Positions 10,929-21,116 of a stretch of DNA of 64,000 nucleotides are shown here, piece after piece. Every line of letters starts with the position of its first letter. Within the stretch, counting starts at the first letter, position 1. A program made the translations under genes and the position numbers. This DNA is from Nitrososphaeraceae archaeon (GTDB taxonomy: Archaea; Thermoproteota; Nitrososphaeria; Nitrososphaerales; Nitrososphaeraceae): positions 32,001 to 96,000 of the forward strand of contig JBIOZG010000043.1 in assembly GCA_044870765.1 (NCBI GenBank), given 5' to 3'. The notes beneath the pieces were generated by a model. It was not told the origin of the DNA and did no database searches. It saw only the letters and a program-made list of their open reading frames with translations.

Positions 10929-11822
10929 ACGAGTAAGATAAGCATTGTTGGTTCCGGTGTGGTAGGAAGTGCAACGGGCCAGGGATTTCACAAGCTAGGT
11001 CACGAAGTAATTTTTTATGACATTTCAAAGGAAAAGCTGAGGACATTAAAGTCAAATGGTTTCAATGTCGCTGAAGATTTGGGGGATGCATTATCGCAAA
11101 CAGATATTGCATTTGTTTGTGTAAATACTCCCACTCATAATTCACAACAGGACCTTTCGCAGATACTATCGGCGCTGTACCAGCTAGCAAACTATCTAAA
11201 TTCATCTAATAAGCGTCATTTGCTGGTTTTCCGAAGCACTATGTTGCCTGGTACAATGCGCAGCGTAGTGTTAAACTACCTTGAAAAAAATTGCACAAAA
11301 AAGAGAGGGGTTGACTATGAAATTGCATATAATCCAGAATTTCTGAGACAAAATTCAGCGCTCGAAGACTTTTTCAAGCCAGATAGGGTAATAATCGGAG
11401 AAGAGAACGGTAATGATTTGACAAAATTATTGGTGGAAATATACCAACCACTGACAAAACACATAATCAACACATCATTTGAGGCAGCAGAGCTAATCAA
11501 GTATGCATCAAATTGCTTTTTGTCATTAAAGATTTCATTCTTTAATGAAGTAGGCTTAATATGCAAACACTTGGGAATAGATGACAAAGTTGTAAGTTTG
11601 GGCGTATCATTGGATAAGAGAATCGGCAAGTATGGCACTGAATTTGGTAGGCCCTTTGATGGAATGTGTCTTCCAAAAGACACTCAGGCACTAGCCTCAT
11701 TCATAAAGGAAAATAGGATTGAACCCGACTTGCTTGAAGTAGTATTAAACATAAACAAGAAAATAGAAGACCTAACTACCACAAAACAACTAGTTTCAAG
11801 TGCTAGAGAAACTCATTCTTAA
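10929..11822 (+). CDS. UDP-glucose/GDP-mannose dehydrogenase family protein (short form); start extended upstream of the GTG at 10959
   Basis: Rossmann KISIVGSGVVG lies upstream of the ORF-track start; CVNTP, RST, NPEFLR, AELIKY, catalytic GMCLPKD. Confidence 0.85.
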   Translation, partial: TSKISIVGSGVVGSATGQGFHKLGHEVIFYDISKEKLRTLKSNGFNVAEDLGDALSQTDIAFVCVNTPTHNSQQDLSQILSALYQLANYLNSSNKRHLLVFRSTMLPGTMRSVVLNYLEKNCTKKRGVDYEIAYNPEFLRQNSALEDFFKPDRVIIGEENGNDLTKLLVEIYQPLTKHIINTSFEAAELIKYASNCFLSLKISFFNEVGLICKHLGIDDKVVSLGVSLDKRIGKYGTEFGRPFDGMCLPKDTQALASFIKENRIEPDLLEVVLNINKKIEDLTTTKQLVSSARETHS

Positions 11823-11876
11823 TACCTCAAATTTTACTCTTAAATTTATATTGGGAGCAAAGTTTTTCATTTTTTA

Positions 11877-13121
11877 ATGAAATTGTCTCCTTATGGAATT
11901 TCATTTGTTTTTTTATTGATTCTAAATGTTGCATCAATATCCAGTCTAAATCCTAATCTAAATCTAAATTTAAATCTAAATCCAATCTATGCTCAAGGGA
12001 CAAACTCTCAACAACTGATTGGAGTAAACATGTTAGGATACTACACAAGTTTACCTCAAACACGTGATTTTAAGAATCCTTTCCCTGATAACTATTATGA
12101 TCAGAGTTTTAAGATAATAAAAGAAGGTGGAATGAACCATGTCAGGTATGTGTATTATTGGGAGTCTTATGTGAAGAATCCTACTGCGTTCATTAATGAA
12201 TTGAAATTTGCCGCGACTCTTGCTGATAAATATGGTTTGAAAATAATATATGATAATCACCAGTTCCATACGTCATCCTGGCTTAATCCTCAAAGAGGAA
12301 CAGGATTTCCAAATTTCTTGTTTCAAAATAATTCAGAATACGCCTATGGCAGCGGAGGAGGACCCAAATATCCATCAGCGGTATCGTGGTGGACACACTG
12401 GTGGAACAGAGAGATTACAGATGTAAATGGTACTGACGGATGGACTCTGCAATCTCAATTCTTAAAGAAAGTAGTCAGTACCGTTGATAGCCATCCGAGT
12501 ACTGTAGGATATGAAATATTAAGTGAACCACAGGTGCACAGTGTAGACCAGTGGGATAAAGTCGGAAAGTATAATACATTTTTAGCTGATGAATTGAGAA
12601 AGGTAACAAAAAAAGACATAGTATACAGCATGAGTATTCCTGTTGATCTTAAAAGTAACATAGGAGTTAACGCAACAAATCTTGCAAAAATGACGCCTGC
12701 AAATAAGACAAATACTATTTTCAAATTTAGTATATACGGGCTGCCATCACCGGGAAGCTACCAAGAAGAAAGGCTTAACACGTTCATTGCAGCCGGCAAC
12801 CTTTCCGGAGTTCCTGTTTACATTGGGGAGTGGAATAACGTGGACAGAGATAAAGTAATAAACGAAGAAGGAGACTTTGTCTATGAGATAAATCCAGAAG
12901 AAAGCGACATCACCCCAGCAGACACTAAGGCGATTTTAAAGAAATTCAACCAAATTGATCCATATGGATGGGCTTTTTGGTATTGGAATTTTAGGCCACA
13001 TCGAGTCGAGAACTTTAATCTAGTGACAAGTGATCCCAGCGGGAATTTAATTCCCACGAAATATTTTGATATTCTCAAAAATGCTGTCCAATCGGTCAAT
13101 TCTACCAAAGGTTCCAAATAA
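11877..13121 (+). CDS. Secreted clan GH-A (GH5-like) glycoside hydrolase
   Basis: Signal peptide, DNHQ, YEILSEP (acid/base Glu), YIGEW (nucleophile), GWAFW. Confidence 0.75.
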   Translation: MKLSPYGISFVFLLILNVASISSLNPNLNLNLNLNPIYAQGTNSQQLIGVNMLGYYTSLPQTRDFKNPFPDNYYDQSFKIIKEGGMNHVRYVYYWESYVKNPTAFINELKFAATLADKYGLKIIYDNHQFHTSSWLNPQRGTGFPNFLFQNNSEYAYGSGGGPKYPSAVSWWTHWWNREITDVNGTDGWTLQSQFLKKVVSTVDSHPSTVGYEILSEPQVHSVDQWDKVGKYNTFLADELRKVTKKDIVYSMSIPVDLKSNIGVNATNLAKMTPANKTNTIFKFSIYGLPSPGSYQEERLNTFIAAGNLSGVPVYIGEWNNVDRDKVINEEGDFVYEINPEESDITPADTKAILKKFNQIDPYGWAFWYWNFRPHRVENFNLVTSDPSGNLIPTKYFDILKNAVQSVNSTKGSK

Positions 13122-13316
13122 ACTAATTTGATTGTGAGAATCAAGCCTCTTCTTCATGGTAACATGAAGGCACAAACTGACAAAAAAATACCGGAGAAAG
13201 AAAAATAATTTTTTGAAATACTGACTAACTTTTGACCTAGTGGATTAGTCATGTAGAGCAATATCCATAAGGTTTAATTCATGCATAAACGCCATAGTTA
13301 ACGATAAAGAAGCAAT

Positions 13317-14984
13317 TTGAATTTGCAATTACAACTAAGAGAAGGAACCAAACTGCGATCATTGATATTTATCCTTATTCCTCTTGTTCTTTCTTTTTAC
13401 ACTCACCTTTGGAATCCTACAGGGTTTCCCTCTTTACATACGGATGAGGGTCATTATCTAAGAAAGGCAATTTCCACCGAAACAGGCCAGGGTTTGCAAC
13501 CTCAGGACAGATACCGTGCCCCATATTTTGGGCAGATGTTCCTTGCAGGCATCTTTAGCATTATTAATTACCCTAACCTAGAAGTGCTAGGCAATAGTAA
13601 TCCTGTTGAGCAACTGTACTTGGTTCCCCGTGTAATTATGGGGATTTTGGCTGTAATTGATACTTTTCTGCTGTATAGAATCACAGAATATAGATATGGC
13701 AGGAATGTTGCGATTATAGCCTCCATATTGTTTGCCGTCATGCCATTTACCTGGCTAACTCGGAGAATATTTCTCGAGTCAATTCAGCTGCCCTTTATTT
13801 TAACGTCAATACTGCTTATTCTGAATCTTGGAAGAGGACGCCAACAGGGAATGCAGCGGGATTACCAGCAAGAGAATCAACATCATCAGAGCCACCAGCA
13901 ACAACAATCTCAACAGCAGCAGCAGCAGCAGCAAGCCCACTTACTACAAGCGAAACCAGAAAAAATCAATCCTGACAATAACCGTCCAGGGCTCCAATAT
14001 GCCAAGTTTACTCTCATAATCTCTGGAATTTTTCTAGGACTGGCTATTTTTACAAAGATACCTGCGTTTACAATAATTCCACTGGGAATTATTATGATAT
14101 ATGTAATAACTAGAAAAAAGAGATACATTGTAGTTTGGTTAATTCCCGTGCTTTTGGTTCCAATGATGTGGCCGCTTCACGCCATGCTTAGTGGAGATTT
14201 GGATAATTGGATAAGCGGTGTGCGTTACCAAGTTAGTAGAGACAGGCCATTGATTAATACGATAAATACATTTTTCGAGATAGACCCTGTACTGTTTATT
14301 TTGGGAATGGGCGGTCTCGTCTACGCTGCCATAAAAAAGGACTACTTTGTTCTGATGTGGGCAATTCCTGTTTTTGTCTTCCTTCAAGCAATAGGATATG
14401 TTTCTTCATTTCACTTGATTCTCTTACTACCTCCGCTTTGCGTCGCCGGAGCAAATATGATTGAAAAAATAGGTAAGAATATTTCCAATATCACAATGAA
14501 AAACATGCTACCGTACATCAGAATAGCTGTTATCGGAGTATTTGGTATCTGCAGCATAACCATGCTGATTACTTTGAATATAAATACAACTTATTATCAG
14601 GCACTTGCTTTTGTTCTCTCCAATTTACCCGATAGCAATACCAATTCTTCTGCGATAAGCCCTGCAGACAAGGTAACAGTAATTGGCAATCCCCAGTATT
14701 TCTGGATACCAGAATTTGTTTACAATAAAACATTTGACGCCAAAAACTTCTACAGCAAGACTCCGTTTAAGACAGACAAATACATGATGATAGTTGATAA
14801 TGGGTTTGTCAGAATTTTGAACGGTGATAATACTTCAAGATTAAATTTGGCCTACAACTCCACCCATAATCTAGCAAGATTTGAGCAAAACTTTACGGGA
14901 GGAATTGACCTCAATAAATATCCGTTTACCAATTTAAAATTGAGCCCTGAAACACGCTTTATTGAACTTAGATCCAACTATTAG
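13317..14984 (+). CDS. GT-C fold (ArnT/PMT-like) membrane glycosyltransferase with polyglutamine loop
   Basis: DEGHY acidic loop after TM1, multiple TM helices, GLAIFTK. Confidence 0.8.
   Translation: MNLQLQLREGTKLRSLIFILIPLVLSFYTHLWNPTGFPSLHTDEGHYLRKAISTETGQGLQPQDRYRAPYFGQMFLAGIFSIINYPNLEVLGNSNPVEQLYLVPRVIMGILAVIDTFLLYRITEYRYGRNVAIIASILFAVMPFTWLTRRIFLESIQLPFILTSILLILNLGRGRQQGMQRDYQQENQHHQSHQQQQSQQQQQQQQAHLLQAKPEKINPDNNRPGLQYAKFTLIISGIFLGLAIFTKIPAFTIIPLGIIMIYVITRKKRYIVVWLIPVLLVPMMWPLHAMLSGDLDNWISGVRYQVSRDRPLINTINTFFEIDPVLFILGMGGLVYAAIKKDYFVLMWAIPVFVFLQAIGYVSSFHLILLLPPLCVAGANMIEKIGKNISNITMKNMLPYIRIAVIGVFGICSITMLITLNINTTYYQALAFVLSNLPDSNTNSSAISPADKVTVIGNPQYFWIPEFVYNKTFDAKNFYSKTPFKTDKYMMIVDNGFVRILNGDNTSRLNLAYNSTHNLARFEQNFTGGIDLNKYPFTNLKLSPETRFIELRSNY
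13863..13934 (+). repeat. Gln/His-rich CAG/CAA tract in coding sequence
   Basis: CAA(CAG)6CAA at 13911-13934 within YQQENQHHQSHQQQQSQQQQQQQQ. Confidence 0.9.
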
Positions 14985-15049
14985 TTCTTTATTCAGATTT
15001 TTTCCCAAACCATTTAATTTGAGCTTTTACGTTTAGTTCACGTCTCTAA

Positions 15050-16936
15050 ATGCGTATACTTTTGTTACACTCTGATTTTATAGAATACCAACCGATTTCG
15101 AAGGAAATAGAGTCAGCAGAAGAAATCCCTTCAACTTCAAGTAAAAAAATTAATGATGTCATAGTGGCATTAATTGCAGTTGAAAAAGACGATGATGAGT
15201 CGATAATTGATGGTGTTTGCAAGGAATTAAAAACGTACAGCGAGACGATAAAATGCGATAGCATTCTAGTATATCCATATGCTCACCTCAGCTCAGACTT
15301 GGCTAACCCTATAACGGCTCAAGCACTTTTAGTTTCCGTTGAAAAAAAGGCAAAAAGTCTATTTGGCATAGTAAATAGGGCTCCGTTTGGTTGGACAAAG
15401 TCATTTAATGTAAAAATAAAGGGTCATCCTCTAGCAGAACACGCAAAAACAATTCAAAAAAATGCTGACGGAGCCCAGAATAAGACGGGGGGTGCAGACA
15501 CTGAATCAATTGCATTAAAATCAGAAGATACTCTTAACTCGACATGGTATGTATTAGCAACTGAAGGAAACATGATCCCAATAGGTGAATATAGTTTTGA
15601 TAAGAAAACTGCCTTTAGCAAACTTGCCGATTATGAGTTATCAAAAAAGAGAACAGTATCTGAAATACCCCCTCACGTAAAACTAATGAAAAGACTGGCA
15701 TTAGTCGATTATGAACCTTCTTCAGACGGGGGAAATATGCGATACTATCCGAAAGGACGTTTAATGAAATCTTTGATAGAGACGTATGTTACTAAAATGA
15801 TACACGAATATGGTGGAATTGAAGTTGAAACTCCGGTAATGTATGATTCCAATCATCCTTCTATTCATAGTTATTTTAACAGATTTCCAGCCAGACAATA
15901 TAATATACAGTCAGACAACAAACAACTTTTTCTGAGGTTTGCGGCATGTTTTGGTCAGTTTCTAATGGCCAAAGATTTTCAAATTTCTTACAAGCAATTG
16001 CCATTAAAGCTCTATGAATTGACGAGATATTCATTTAGAAGAGAGAAGAGCGGAGAGCTAGTAGGTCTCAGAAGACTCAGGGCATTTAGCATGCCAGATT
16101 GCCATGCTTTTTGCAAAGATATTGATCAGGCAAAAGAAGAGTTTGTAAAGAGATTTGACTTGTCATTAAAAGTAATTGAAGGTCTTGGTATTTCACCAAA
16201 CGACGATGTGGATATGGTTATCCGCTTTACTTCAGAGTTTTATGAACAAAATAAAGAATTTATTAAAGAATTTGCGGCGAGAATGAAGAAACCAATTCTT
16301 GTAGAGATTTGGAAAGAAAGATTCTTTTATTTTATTGTAAAATGGGAGTTTAATTTCGTAGACAGTATGGGAAAAGCTGCTGCATTATCGACCGACCAAA
16401 TAGACGTTGAAAATGGCGAAAGATACCACATTGAATTTGTTGACAGTGACGGCGAGAAAAAATATCCAATTATTTTGCATAACTCTCCGAGTGGCGCTGT
16501 TGAGCGCGTAATATTTGCATTGTTAGAAAAATCGGACAGGGACGCTACCAGCGGCAAAGTCCCAGCTTTGCCATTATGGCTATCACACACACAGGTGAGA
16601 ATTATTCCGGTTGCGTCAAAACATTTAGAATTCGGCCAGAAAATTTTAAGTGAATTGGACAGAAATAATATCAGAGCAGACATTGACGATAGAGAGCTTT
16701 CTGTGGCAAAAAAAATCAGAGAAGCCGAATCAGAGTGGATTCATTTCATTATTGTGATTGGAGATAAAGAAGTAGAGGGCGGAGAATTGGTGGTTAGAGA
16801 AAGATTATCCAAGTCTCAGTATGGTATCAACCTGGAAAATCTGATAAAAAACATCAAGTTACAAGTTTCAGACAAGCCATATCTACCACTAAATTTGCCT
16901 AGCTATCTGTCTAAGCGACCAATAATCATGGCTTGA
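15050..16936 (+). CDS. thrS: Threonyl-tRNA synthetase, archaeal type
   Basis: Archaeal editing domain (LLLHSD, YPYAHLSS, RAPFGW), LRFAACFGQF, HNSPSGAVER, anticodon-binding domain. Confidence 0.96.
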   Translation: MRILLLHSDFIEYQPISKEIESAEEIPSTSSKKINDVIVALIAVEKDDDESIIDGVCKELKTYSETIKCDSILVYPYAHLSSDLANPITAQALLVSVEKKAKSLFGIVNRAPFGWTKSFNVKIKGHPLAEHAKTIQKNADGAQNKTGGADTESIALKSEDTLNSTWYVLATEGNMIPIGEYSFDKKTAFSKLADYELSKKRTVSEIPPHVKLMKRLALVDYEPSSDGGNMRYYPKGRLMKSLIETYVTKMIHEYGGIEVETPVMYDSNHPSIHSYFNRFPARQYNIQSDNKQLFLRFAACFGQFLMAKDFQISYKQLPLKLYELTRYSFRREKSGELVGLRRLRAFSMPDCHAFCKDIDQAKEEFVKRFDLSLKVIEGLGISPNDDVDMVIRFTSEFYEQNKEFIKEFAARMKKPILVEIWKERFFYFIVKWEFNFVDSMGKAAALSTDQIDVENGERYHIEFVDSDGEKKYPIILHNSPSGAVERVIFALLEKSDRDATSGKVPALPLWLSHTQVRIIPVASKHLEFGQKILSELDRNNIRADIDDRELSVAKKIREAESEWIHFIIVIGDKEVEGGELVVRERLSKSQYGINLENLIKNIKLQVSDKPYLPLNLPSYLSKRPIIMA

Positions 16937-17013
16937 TTCGACGCAATAATCACATGCTAAAACCGGGTTTTTAACTCTAATGTTTTTATATTTCGTAACT
17001 AGATCCCTTTCAA

Positions 17014-17223
17014 ATGGGAAGAGTGGACAAAGGAGTAAACTGCAGCGTAAGCGGTTGCGAAAATCCAGCGGAAAGATCCATAAGTGGAAGTAAGGCGAGC
17101 ATGGCTTCAGATTTGCAAGTTAATACGTCAAACAAAAGAGTCTATTTGTGCAGGCCGCATTACAAAGATTGGAAAAAGGCAACCAAGGAAGATAGAGAAA
17201 ACGAAAGAGCTAGATGGGGCTAA
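17014..17223 (+). CDS. Small conserved archaeal Cys/His zinc-binding protein
   Basis: CSVSGC...YLCRPHYK; upstream TATA-like TTTTATA. Confidence 0.75.
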   Translation: MGRVDKGVNCSVSGCENPAERSISGSKASMASDLQVNTSNKRVYLCRPHYKDWKKATKEDRENERARWG

Positions 17224-17304
17224 CCAATCAATAATGCAAAGACAAACAAATGGGAAATTGAAAATTTAAAAGCTCATCTGTTTAAAAACCCAAGATAAAC
17301 CAAA

Positions 17305-18252
17305 CTAGACGTATTTTCTAGGGATTATTCTCAGAAGTGTCTGTGTTGCAAGTGCTCCCTCTCTGTAATCACCATTTTTAAGTGAAACTTCCACAATGTC
17401 CATTCCCACCAAATTTGCTGAATCGTCAATACTTTTAATTATCTTTAGTATTTCAAAGGGATCCAATCCAAATGGTTCTGGGGTTCCTGTGCAGGGAACA
17501 TAAGGCAAGTCATAAACATCGATGTCAAATGATATGTAGACGTTTCTCTTAGAGGTGACCTTAGATATATATTCAGTTACATTATCTATATTATTTTTTA
17601 TTTCCCATGGATCAAATGTAACAATGCCATTTTTCTCTGCAAAGTTATTTTCCTCCTTGTCGGTCTGTCTGATGCCTATTTGTATTATGTTTTTACCCTT
17701 GATGTATCCTTCATCTATGAGTCTATAAAACGGAGTAGTATGACAGAGTTTCGAACCTTCATATTCAGGTTTTAAATCGCGATGCGCATCAAAGTGAATC
17801 AACAGTGGCTGACTTTCAGAAAGACCTTTGAAACAAAAATACGTGATGGTGTGTTCGCCTCCCAACATAAACGGCTTCTTTTTTGTCCTTTCAAGTTCTC
17901 TCACCAGGACTGGAATATTCTCATCTAAAAACGCAAAGACCGAATCTACTTTACCTTCATGATAGGGAATCTTAATATCCCCCAGATCAAAGATTTTTGC
18001 AACATCCCCTATATCTTTTTTTTCATCATAAACATATGTTTCAATTTGACGAGCAGAAGTAGTCCTAATGGCCTCAGGGCCTTGACTAGTTCCCTTTCCA
18101 AATGATGTTGTCATCTCTAGTGGAACACCAAAAAACACAATATTTGCATCATTAAATGTAATGTTCGCATCGATATCACCAAAGGAACATGCAGCTTCGG
18201 TCCTCTCCGGAGTAATAAAGAAAGAATCTAAAATATCGAAAATATTTGTCAA
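17305..18252 (-). CDS. speB: Agmatinase (ureohydrolase family)
   Basis: GGEHTIT, DAHRD, SFDIDVYD, GTPEPFG. Confidence 0.9.
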   Translation of the reverse strand: MTNIFDILDSFFITPERTEAACSFGDIDANITFNDANIVFFGVPLEMTTSFGKGTSQGPEAIRTTSARQIETYVYDEKKDIGDVAKIFDLGDIKIPYHEGKVDSVFAFLDENIPVLVRELERTKKKPFMLGGEHTITYFCFKGLSESQPLLIHFDAHRDLKPEYEGSKLCHTTPFYRLIDEGYIKGKNIIQIGIRQTDKEENNFAEKNGIVTFDPWEIKNNIDNVTEYISKVTSKRNVYISFDIDVYDLPYVPCTGTPEPFGLDPFEILKIIKSIDDSANLVGMDIVEVSLKNGDYREGALATQTLLRIIPRKYV

Positions 18253-18319
18253 TTTGCCTAAATGAATGATGGAATCTTATTATTATATTTATTTTTAAAG
18301 CAAACTGATGATAACAATT

Positions 18320-21043
18320 CTAATTTGACCAGAACAATTCATCCAAGTTGCTCTGTCTTGGTTTACCAATTATGGATTTGAAATTTACGTCCAGGGCAGT
18401 TAATAGCTGGTCAAAAGTTGTTTCCATTGCCTCCAAGTATTTTTCAGTATCTATTTCTTTATGGGTTGCTAATTCAACTGGCTTGACCCCTTCAGCAGTC
18501 TTTGTTTTTACATAAGAGATTATGTCACCTGCCTTAATTTCTCTACCATTATCGGAGAACTGCATTGCAGCCTTTATGTGCTGAGGAATTCCCTTGATTG
18601 AATTCGTATAGGAATCACGGCCATCTATTGATGTTATTCTAACAGTTTCATTTGTCTTTTTGCCATATTTTTCTGGAGACTTGTTTATCATGACATTAAA
18701 AGAAAGTTCCTCCAAAGGATATTTGTCTGTCTCTAATTTTTTTGCGCTGTCTTTAATAAGTTCTTTAATTTTCTCTCTAGCAGTATCAAAGTCCTTTTCT
18801 GTATTGACTTTACCCAATATTTCTAGCATATCATAAAATGTTTTTCTAATAAAAGCCGGAGTGTGAGACTTTTTGCCAGTCAGGCCTTTTACATCAACCG
18901 TTCCGTCCTTCAAGACGCCTAGGTAATTTTTCTTGAGGTTGTTAAATACGACATAGCGATACTCTTTGTCCAGTTCAAGATCTACTCCCTCATTGGCTTT
19001 TGCCCATTTTGAAATTTCATCTACCTTTCCTTCAGAAGGATTTCGTAAAAACAATGAATCGGTATCTCCGTACACAACTTCTATGCCAGATTCTTTGCAT
19101 TTCTGTATTGTACTGGTAATAATATTTCTTCCAATAGCTGCGGTGGCATCGGCAACTGGCAGACAGTACAGCGGAAATATTTCAGCTCCCATAACACCAT
19201 AGCTTGCATTTAGAATAACTTTAATTGCCTGACTAACAACTGTGTATAGTTGGCGTTCCTCTGGCGAGATTGTTTTATCTTTTGAAAGTTGTTTATAGTA
19301 GTTAACTCGAAGATCTCTCAGTGACCCTATTAGAAGGGAGGTTATTCCTTTCTTCTGATTGCATGTCCAGTAATCAGTATCAGGAATTTTTTGATTGGGA
19401 TCTTCCCTGCATGACTCATGTGGACAGTTTACTGTTTCATACGATAGATTATGGACCTTTATAATGCTAGGATACAGACTGGCAAAGTCAAGCACTGATA
19501 CGTTGAAGTGGATTCCTGGCGTCGGCTCTACCACAAGTCCTCCCCTATACTTTTTTTCTTTAATAATTGCTGACGAAGAAGCCTGTCCCTTGAACCGGAG
19601 CTCTTCACTCTGAGGAATCAGCGCGTTAATCTTTCTGTGCTCATAATACAACATTCCCCTTATCCATTGGTTGACACCCACTCTAGAGAGGTCTTCAACA
19701 GAAAGTCGAGATATTCTGGCAATTACAAACAGAAGTTTCAGCAAGAGACTGTCATTGAAGTTTGTAAGTCTAAAAGTTAATTCAGTGTCCTTAAGGCAGT
19801 ATTGAGCCAATTTCTGAATAGGCAGATCACTGATGTTTCCATCAAATTCGATTTTAGTATCATTAAGTAGTGCTTCTGATATTGCATTAAGCCTAAATTC
19901 CGAATATTTATGACTAAAGGCGTAAATTTGAATCGACCTATTTTGAAATGTTCTAAATAAATCAATATGAACTCCATGTTTTAGCTGAACTGGTTCTGTC
20001 TGGATTCCTTTCTTTACGAATGAATCCCTCTTTACCACTAGAGGGATTTCTTCTTTTGGTATAATGCTATGGTTAACAGGATCAATTTCAGGATCTTGAG
20101 ACCTCTCATAAAGGTATGGAAGATCAAAATCATCACCATTAAAGGTAACTAATACGCTATATGACCAGATTACATGGAATGTTTTTTCTAAAAGCTCTTT
20201 TTCAGTCTTGCACATTTCTGCTTCTGGTATTAACTCTGTTCCATCGTTGGGATTTTTGTCTTGATCAAGAAGAAATATTTTTCGTAATCCATCATTTGAT
20301 ACGATACCAACTGCAGTAATTTTTCTGTCGTGTTCTCGCGGAACAGGCATTCGCCCCTCTTCTGAATCTACTTCAATATCAAGGGCTATTCTTTTAATTT
20401 CGGGTATGGGTTGATTCAGTAAATCTGCCCATTCTCTCACGTATTCTCGATACTTGTCATTTCTTGCCTCTTTGCTTTCGAGGATTTTATCCCAGAGAAA
20501 ATTTTTAAGGGCATTGTGTACTATTTCGGACATTTTATACGGGTCTTCTACTATTTGGTCTCCTTTCCTCGTATAGTATGAACCTGGAATTAATCCGGTA
20601 TCATAAAGGTAGTTTTCATGATATTTGATGTTGGCTTCCCAAACATTGAGTTTTTCTCTAATGCCACCCTTTCCACCTATTGACAGAGGGTCAGGAGCTA
20701 TTATTTTTATTGCTTGAATTTCTTTGTCCAGCATTAGATCTAATTTTGGTATTATTTTTAACTGGAATTTCTTTTCAATTGCTGCGATTTCTTCCGCCCT
20801 TGCCTTGTTTTCCAATTTAGTATAACAATAAGGTTTATGGTCCGTTTTATCTTGCCAAAAGTAAATCACGTGCAAAGTAGGATCGTAAAATTTCAGTTGA
20901 ACTTTCTGGTTTTCACCAGAATAAATTGCTGATATTAACATGACACGAGTATTTTCTGGAAGCTCCTTCCAATAGCTCAGATTCTGTTTATCATTTTGAA
21001 GAAGGGGCGATTGATCCATATGACTCACTGGGATTAGTTTCAA
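18320..21043 (-). CDS. polB: Family B DNA polymerase
   Basis: Exo motifs DIE and FNGDDFD; polymerase DFASLYPS, KVILNASYG, YGDTDS, KKNY; no intein seen. Confidence 0.96.
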   Translation of the reverse strand: MKLIPVSHMDQSPLLQNDKQNLSYWKELPENTRVMLISAIYSGENQKVQLKFYDPTLHVIYFWQDKTDHKPYCYTKLENKARAEEIAAIEKKFQLKIIPKLDLMLDKEIQAIKIIAPDPLSIGGKGGIREKLNVWEANIKYHENYLYDTGLIPGSYYTRKGDQIVEDPYKMSEIVHNALKNFLWDKILESKEARNDKYREYVREWADLLNQPIPEIKRIALDIEVDSEEGRMPVPREHDRKITAVGIVSNDGLRKIFLLDQDKNPNDGTELIPEAEMCKTEKELLEKTFHVIWSYSVLVTFNGDDFDLPYLYERSQDPEIDPVNHSIIPKEEIPLVVKRDSFVKKGIQTEPVQLKHGVHIDLFRTFQNRSIQIYAFSHKYSEFRLNAISEALLNDTKIEFDGNISDLPIQKLAQYCLKDTELTFRLTNFNDSLLLKLLFVIARISRLSVEDLSRVGVNQWIRGMLYYEHRKINALIPQSEELRFKGQASSSAIIKEKKYRGGLVVEPTPGIHFNVSVLDFASLYPSIIKVHNLSYETVNCPHESCREDPNQKIPDTDYWTCNQKKGITSLLIGSLRDLRVNYYKQLSKDKTISPEERQLYTVVSQAIKVILNASYGVMGAEIFPLYCLPVADATAAIGRNIITSTIQKCKESGIEVVYGDTDSLFLRNPSEGKVDEISKWAKANEGVDLELDKEYRYVVFNNLKKNYLGVLKDGTVDVKGLTGKKSHTPAFIRKTFYDMLEILGKVNTEKDFDTAREKIKELIKDSAKKLETDKYPLEELSFNVMINKSPEKYGKKTNETVRITSIDGRDSYTNSIKGIPQHIKAAMQFSDNGREIKAGDIISYVKTKTAEGVKPVELATHKEIDTEKYLEAMETTFDQLLTALDVNFKSIIGKPRQSNLDELFWSN

Positions 21044-21116
21044 ATATGAAAAAAGGATAATTATCTTTTGCTACTGGAACATAATTTTGTAAGATAAATT
21101 GTGTTTTGCAGTAGGG

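Noticed and set aside
18320-21043. Possible intein or viral/casposon origin of polB
   Set aside because: Normal length, no intein motifs, housekeeping neighbours, no cas1 or terminal repeats.
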